Assembly (NCBI RefSeq): GCF_017348835.2
Contig: NZ_CP072315.1
Reading direction: 5' to 3' (one strand)
Origin: Escherichia coli
GTDB lineage: Bacteria; Pseudomonadota; Gammaproteobacteria; Enterobacterales; Enterobacteriaceae
DNA: 64,000 bases
Shown here: positions 59,075 through 64,000 of the stretch, piece after piece
Numbering within the stretch: position 1 is the first letter of the stretch
Layout: every line of letters begins with the position of its first letter
The notes under the pieces: generated by a model
Seen by the model: the letters and a program-made list of their open reading frames with translations, nothing else
Told to the model about the DNA's origin: nothing
Database searches by the model: none
Translations under genes and position numbers: made by a program

Positions 59075-59725
59075 ATGACAAAGTTGCAGCCGAATACAGT
59101 GATCCGTGCCGCCCTGGACCTGTTGAACGAGGTCGGCGTAGACGGTCTGACGACACGCAAACTGGCGGAACGGTTGGGGGTTCAGCAGCCGGCGCTTTAC
59201 TGGCACTTCAGGAACAAGCGGGCGCTGCTCGACGCACTGGCCGAAGCCATGCTGGCGGAGAATCATACGCATTCGGTGCCGAGAGCCGACGACGACTGGC
59301 GCTCATTTCTGATCGGGAATGCCCGCAGCTTCAGGCAGGCGCTGCTCGCCTACCGCGATGGCGCGCGCATCCATGCCGGCACGCGACCGGGCGCACCGCA
59401 GATGGAAACGGCCGACGCGCAGCTTCGCTTCCTCTGCGAGGCGGGTTTTTCGGCCGGGGACGCCGTCAATGCGCTGATGACAATCAGCTACTTCACTGTT
59501 GGGGCCGTGCTTGAGGAGCAGGCCGGCGACAGCGATGCCGGCGAGCGCGGCGGCACCGTTGAACAGGCTCCGCTCTCGCCGCTGTTGCGGGCCGCGATAG
59601 ACGCCTTCGACGAAGCCGATCCGGACGCAGCGTTCGAGCAGGGACTCGCGGTGATTGTCGATGGATTGGCGAAAAGGAGGCTCGTTGTCAGGAACGTTGA
59701 AGGACCGAGAAAGGGTGACGATTGA
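59075..59725 (+). CDS. tetR(A): Tetracycline repressor TetR(A)
   Basis: 216 aa from MTKLQPNTVIRAALDLLNEVGVDGLTTRKLAERLGVQQPALYWHF. Confidence 0.95.
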   Translation: MTKLQPNTVIRAALDLLNEVGVDGLTTRKLAERLGVQQPALYWHFRNKRALLDALAEAMLAENHTHSVPRADDDWRSFLIGNARSFRQALLAYRDGARIHAGTRPGAPQMETADAQLRFLCEAGFSAGDAVNALMTISYFTVGAVLEEQAGDSDAGERGGTVEQAPLSPLLRAAIDAFDEADPDAAFEQGLAVIVDGLAKRRLVVRNVEGPRKGDD

Positions 59726-60198
59726 TCAGGACCGCTGCCGGAGCGCAACCCACTCACTACAGCAGAGCCATGTAGACAACATCCCCTCCCCCTTTCCACC
59801 GCGTCAGACGCCCGTAGCAGCCCGCTACGGGCTTTTTCATGCCCTGCCCTAGCGTCCAAGCCTCACGGCCGCGCTCGGCCTCTCTGGCGGCCTTCTGGCG
59901 CTCCTGCTGCGGCGTCCGCTCGTGGGCCGTGGCGCGGGTCCGCGCGCCGGCCTCGTGCGCCTGGCGCTCGCGGGCGAGGTCCAGGGCGGCCGTCTTCACG
60001 TTCTGCCTTGCGCAGATGAGATAGATCTAGCGTGGACTCAAGGCTCTCGCGAATGGCTCGCGTTGGAAACTTTCATTGACACTTGAGGGGCACCGCAGGG
60101 AAATTCTCGTCCTTGCGAGAACCGGCTATGTCGTGCTGCGCATCGAGCCTGCGCCCTTGGCTTGTCTCGCCCCTCTCCGCGTCGCTACGGGGCTTCCA

Positions 60199-60236
60199 GG
60201 GGTCGTTTGCGGGAAGGGGCGGAATCCTACGCTAAG
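60199..60236 (+). repeat. Tn3-family 38-bp inverted repeat, Tn5393-like, downstream of strB
   Basis: GGGGTCGTTTGCGGGAAGGGGCGGAATCCTACGCTAAG, 68 bp from the strB stop. Confidence 0.7.
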
Positions 60237-60304
60237 GCTTTGGCCAGCGATATTCTCCGGTGAGATTGATGTGTTCCCAGGGGATAGGAGAAGTCGCTTG
60301 ATAT

Positions 60305-61141
60305 CTAGTATGACGTCTGTCGCACCTGCTTGATCGCGGCCGCGATAGCTAGATCGCGTTGCTCCTCTTCTCCATCCGCGTTCCAAGCTGCGGAAAGGCA
60401 CCCATAAGCGTACGCCTGGTCGAGCAGGCGACGCGGATCGACGTCCAGCGCACGAGAGAATGCGTCCGCCATCTGTGCAATGCGTCTAGGATCGAGACAA
60501 AGGTCGTCTCTGTCAGCCGGATCGTAGAACATATTGGCGGCGCCAAAGCCCACTTCACCGACCAGACCGACGGGATCTATCACCAGCCAGCCGCGACTGG
60601 AGAACATGATGTTTTCATGATGCAGATCGCCATGTAGCCCACGCAGTTCCGAGGCATTGCTCATCATTTGATCGGCTATAATCGCCGCGTGGACGTAGTC
60701 AGTTTGACAACCTGCGTTTTGATCATCGCGCGCCCGCTGAAACAAAGCTGCAAAGCGATCCCGGATCGGGAGAAGGGCAGAAGGCAGGGGTTCCTCAGAT
60801 GCGGCATACAGCTTCGCCATTAGTTCCGCTGCAATTTCGGTCGCCTGGTAGTCGCCGTGCTCGGCAACGATGTGAGAGAGCATTCGCTCCCCGGCATATT
60901 CGAGCAACATCAGATTGTTCTCACGACCGAGCAACCGGACTGCTCCCCTCCCATTGCGCCATACCAGATAGTCGGCCCCGCGCAGTTCATCAGCAATGTC
61001 TTCTATAGGTTTCAATCCCTTGACGATTGCAGGAGTCCCGTCTGGCAATGAAACTTTCCAAACGAGGCTGGAAAAGGTGTCCGCAATGAGAACAGGTTGC
61101 GAAACGTGCCAATGAGCAGGAAAAACAGGCGGCATGAACAT
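60305..61141 (-). CDS. strB: Aminoglycoside 6-phosphotransferase APH(6)-Id (StrB)
   Basis: 278 aa from MFMPPVFPAHWHVSQPVLIADTFSSLVWKV. Confidence 0.95.
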   Translation of the reverse strand: MFMPPVFPAHWHVSQPVLIADTFSSLVWKVSLPDGTPAIVKGLKPIEDIADELRGADYLVWRNGRGAVRLLGRENNLMLLEYAGERMLSHIVAEHGDYQATEIAAELMAKLYAASEEPLPSALLPIRDRFAALFQRARDDQNAGCQTDYVHAAIIADQMMSNASELRGLHGDLHHENIMFSSRGWLVIDPVGLVGEVGFGAANMFYDPADRDDLCLDPRRIAQMADAFSRALDVDPRRLLDQAYAYGCLSAAWNADGEEEQRDLAIAAAIKQVRQTSY

Positions 61142-61944
61142 CAACCCCAAGTCAGAGGGTCCAATCGCAGATAGAAGGCAAGGCGTTCGCGGTCGGGGGC
61201 TTCGATCCCCAATACATTGAATAGGACAGCGAAGGCGCGCTCTGCTTCATCTGGCGCTGCCCAGTTCTCTTCGGCGTTAGCAATCATGAGTGCCAAATCG
61301 GCATAGCGATCTGCTGTTCCGAGCCGCCCAAGGTCGATCAGACCCGTGCATTGAAGAGTTTTAGGGTCCACCATGAAGTTCGGCATGCAGGGATCACCAT
61401 GGCAAACAACCATATCGGTGCGCTCTTGGTCGAGCCGCACCGGTAGCTCTCGTTCGACACGAGCCAAAAGATCGAGCTGCGGCGTACTCTTGTCCTCGTC
61501 CGGTAAGAAGTCGGGATTGACGGCATTGCGGGACACCACATCAACGGCGCGTCCGAACATTCGCGACAGCCTGCGCTCAAACGGACATTGATCAACCGAT
61601 AGGCTGTGAACAGCGCCAAGTTGCTGCCCCATTGACGGCCACGCTTTGAGCAAATCCGCTCCAGACAGATCAGCCGCCGGTACTCCCGGAATTGCCGTTA
61701 TCACCAAGCATGCACCCTCCTGTTCCTCCTGCCAGTTGATGACCTCGGGGCAAGCCACACCTCGACCTTTGAGCCAAATGAGGCGGTCACGCTCTCCAGC
61801 GAGCTCACCGCGGCGGGAAGCAGGTGCGATTTTCGCGAAGGCATGCCCGTCACCACGTCGAAAAACAAAATCACCAGATTCTCCGCCTCTGACAGGCAAC
61901 CAGTCAGAATGCGATTCACCAAAAAAAATATTAGTTCGATTCAA
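61141..61944 (-). CDS. strA: Aminoglycoside 3''-phosphotransferase APH(3'')-Ib (StrA)
   Basis: 267 aa MNRTNIFFGESHSDWLPVRGGESGDFVFRRGDGHAFAKIAPASRRGELAGERDRL. Confidence 0.95.
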   Translation of the reverse strand: MNRTNIFFGESHSDWLPVRGGESGDFVFRRGDGHAFAKIAPASRRGELAGERDRLIWLKGRGVACPEVINWQEEQEGACLVITAIPGVPAADLSGADLLKAWPSMGQQLGAVHSLSVDQCPFERRLSRMFGRAVDVVSRNAVNPDFLPDEDKSTPQLDLLARVERELPVRLDQERTDMVVCHGDPCMPNFMVDPKTLQCTGLIDLGRLGTADRYADLALMIANAEENWAAPDEAERAFAVLFNVLGIEAPDRERLAFYLRLDPLTWG

Positions 61945-62004
61945 TGGAGGTTCCTTCAGTTTTCTGATGAAGCGCGAATATAGAGAAATATCCCGAATGT
62001 GCAG

Positions 62005-62820
62005 TTAACGAATTCTTGCGGTTTCTTTTAGCGCCGCCAATACCGCCAGCCCGTCGCGCAAGGGGCGCGGCTCGTGTGTGCGGATGAAGTCAGCTCCACC
62101 TGCGGCGGCGGCAAGCTCTGCAGCGAGTGTCGCGGCCCCGACATCCCCCGGACCACGGCCTGTGAGCGCGCGCAGAAAGGATTTGCGCGAAACAGACAGA
62201 AGCACCGGCAAATCGAAGCGCAGCCGCAATTCATCGAACCGCGCCAGCACCGAGAGCGAGGTTTCGGGAGCAGCCCCCAGAAAAAACCCCATGCCGGGAT
62301 CAAGGACAAGGCGGTTGCGTTTGATACCGGCACCCGTCAGCGCCGCGATGCGCGCGTCAAAGAACGCCGCAATGTGATCCATGATGTCGCCAGCGGGTGC
62401 CTCGCGCCGATCTGCCTGCCCGTCTTGCACCGAATGCATAACGACGAGTTTGGCAGATGATTTCGCCAATTGCGGATAGAACGCAGCGTCTGGAAAACCG
62501 CGAATATCATTGAGATAGGCCACACCACGCGACAAGGCATAGGCTTGCGTCGCGGGTTGATAACTGTCGAGCGAGACGGGAATGCCATCTGCCTTGAGCG
62601 CGTCCAGCACCGGCGCGATACGCTCGATTTCTGTGTCGGACGAAACAGGCGCGGCGTCGGGGTTGCTGGATGCCGGACCGAGGTCGATCACATCTGCCCC
62701 CTCGGCCATCAACTTACGCGCCTGCGCAATGGCTGCGTCTGGCGCCAGATACCGGCCTCCATCGGAGAAACTGTCCGAGGTTATGTTGACGATGCCGAAA
62801 ATGATGAGCGATTTATTCAT
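62005..62820 (-). CDS. sul2: Sulfonamide-resistant dihydropteroate synthase Sul2
   Basis: 271 aa MNKSLIIFGIVNITSDSFSDGGRYLAPDAAIAQARKLMAEGADVIDLGPASSNPDA. Confidence 0.95.
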   Translation of the reverse strand: MNKSLIIFGIVNITSDSFSDGGRYLAPDAAIAQARKLMAEGADVIDLGPASSNPDAAPVSSDTEIERIAPVLDALKADGIPVSLDSYQPATQAYALSRGVAYLNDIRGFPDAAFYPQLAKSSAKLVVMHSVQDGQADRREAPAGDIMDHIAAFFDARIAALTGAGIKRNRLVLDPGMGFFLGAAPETSLSVLARFDELRLRFDLPVLLSVSRKSFLRALTGRGPGDVGAATLAAELAAAAGGADFIRTHEPRPLRDGLAVLAALKETARIR

Positions 62821-63127
62821 GGGGGCTTCTATAATAATAATAATCGAGCATGAGTCTCATACGGATGCTCGGGTCGAAAGGGAATCCCCAGGCGAGTAAC
62901 CTGTTTGCGGTGATCCATTAGCTGCAGGAGCAGAATAGCATACATCTGGAAGCAAAGCCAGGAAAGCGGCCTATGGAGCTGTGCGGCAGCGCTCAGTAGG
63001 CAATTTTTCAAAATATTGTTAAGCCTTTTCTGAGCATGGTATTTTTCATGGTATTACCAATTAGCAGGAAAATAAGCCATTGAATATAAAAGATAAAAAT
63101 GTCTTGTTTACAATAGAGTGGGGGGGG

Positions 63128-63979
63128 TCAGCCTGCCGCCTTGGGCCGGGTGATGTCGTACTTGCCCGCCGCGAACTCGGTTACCGTCCAGCCCAGCGCG
63201 ACCAGCTCCGGCAACGCCTCGCGCACCCGCTGGCGGCGCTTGCGCATGGTCGAACCACTGGCCTCTGACGGCCAGACATAGCCGCACAAGGTATCTATGG
63301 AAGCCTTGCCGGTTTTGCCGGGGTCGATCCAGCCACACAGCCGCTGGTGCAGCAGGCGGGCGGTTTCGCTGTCCAGCGCCCGCACCTCGTCCATGCTGAT
63401 GCGCACATGCTGGCCGCCACCCATGACGGCCTGCGCGATCAAGGGGTTCAGGGCCACGTACAGGCGCCCGTCCGCCTCGTCGCTGGCGTACTCCGACAGC
63501 AGCCGAAACCCCTGCCGCTTGCGGCCATTCTGGGCGATGATGGATACCTTCCAAAGGCGCTCGATGCAGTCCTGTATGTGCTTGAGCGCCCCACCACTAT
63601 CGACCTCTGCCCCGATTTCCTTTGCCAGCGCCCGATAGCTACCTTTGACCACCATGGCATCAGCGGTGACGGCCTCCCACTTGGGTTCCAGGAACAGCCG
63701 GAGCTGCCGTCCGCCTTCGGTCTTGGGTTCCGGGCCAAGCACTAGGCCATTAGGCCCAGCCATGGCCACCAGCCCTTGCAGGATGCGCAGATCATCAGCG
63801 CCCAGCGGCTCCGGGCCGCTGAACTCGATCCGCTTGCCGTCGCCGTAGTCATACGTCACGTCCAGCTTGCTGCGCTTGCGCTCGCCCCGCTTGAGGGCAC
63901 GGAACAGGCCGGGGGCCAGACAGTGCGCCGGGTCGTGCCGGACGTGGCTGAGGCTGTGCTTGTTCTTAGGCTTCACCAC
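63128..63979 (-). CDS. repC: RSF1010-type (IncQ) replication protein RepC
   Basis: 283 aa MVKPKNKHSLSHVRHDPAHCLAPGLFRALKRGERKRSKLDVTYDYGDGKRIEF…. Confidence 0.9.
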   Translation of the reverse strand: MVKPKNKHSLSHVRHDPAHCLAPGLFRALKRGERKRSKLDVTYDYGDGKRIEFSGPEPLGADDLRILQGLVAMAGPNGLVLGPEPKTEGGRQLRLFLEPKWEAVTADAMVVKGSYRALAKEIGAEVDSGGALKHIQDCIERLWKVSIIAQNGRKRQGFRLLSEYASDEADGRLYVALNPLIAQAVMGGGQHVRISMDEVRALDSETARLLHQRLCGWIDPGKTGKASIDTLCGYVWPSEASGSTMRKRRQRVREALPELVALGWTVTEFAAGKYDITRPKAAG

Positions 63980-64000
63980 GGGGCACCCCCTTGCTCTTGC
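63976..64000 (-). pseudogene. repA: 3' end of RSF1010-type repA (runs off the window edge)
   Basis: Reading frame overlapping the repC start, as in the RSF1010 repA-repC arrangement; only about 8 codons visible. Confidence 0.5.

Noticed and set aside
1-64000. rRNA, tRNA or other structured RNA genes
   Set aside because: No cloverleaf-like or rRNA-like conserved segment was recognised by eye; a tRNAscan or Infernal run would be needed to exclude small RNAs, particularly in the non-coding stretches at 16640-16930 and 17370-17960.

Overview
This 64-kb window looks like a segment of a large enterobacterial multiresistance plasmid, with a backbone most consistent with an IncHI2-type ter region; all calls are from reading the sequence and ORF translations, with no database search run. 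Three zones are visible. (1) 1-15.1 kb: a complete tellurite-resistance (ter) locus, with terX-terY-terW and a six-gene Ter-linked predicted biosynthetic module (ATP-grasp, two PRTase-like, HAD, HpcH/CitE-like, DUF4236-like) on the minus strand, divergent from terZABCDE-terF on the plus strand. (2) 15.1-34.6 kb: backbone accessory genes, mostly hypothetical — a hipBA-like toxin-antitoxin pair, an HNH nuclease, an IS1 copy, a Dcm-type C5 DNA methyltransferase in an operon with uncharacterised proteins, a secreted thermonuclease-like protein with a coupled partner gene, and an AT-rich island of small membrane proteins. (3) 34.6-64 kb: a mosaic resistance region built from Tn1721 and Tn3 remnants, four complete IS26 copies plus one partial copy, a Gram-positive-type bleO segment, a class 1 integron (intI1 with aac(6')-Ib-cr, arr-3, dfrA27, aadA16, qacEdelta1, sul1, orf5), ISCR2-floR, tetA(A)/tetR(A), strA-strB, sul2 and RSF1010-type repC. 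No rRNA, tRNA or CRISPR array was recognised. The best candidates for an undescribed system are the methyltransferase-linked operon (26.0-29.3 kb), the nuclease plus partner (29.5-30.9 kb), the AT-rich membrane-protein island (30.9-34.6 kb), the coupled gene pair at 24.0-26.0 kb, and the Ter-linked biosynthetic module whose product is unknown.
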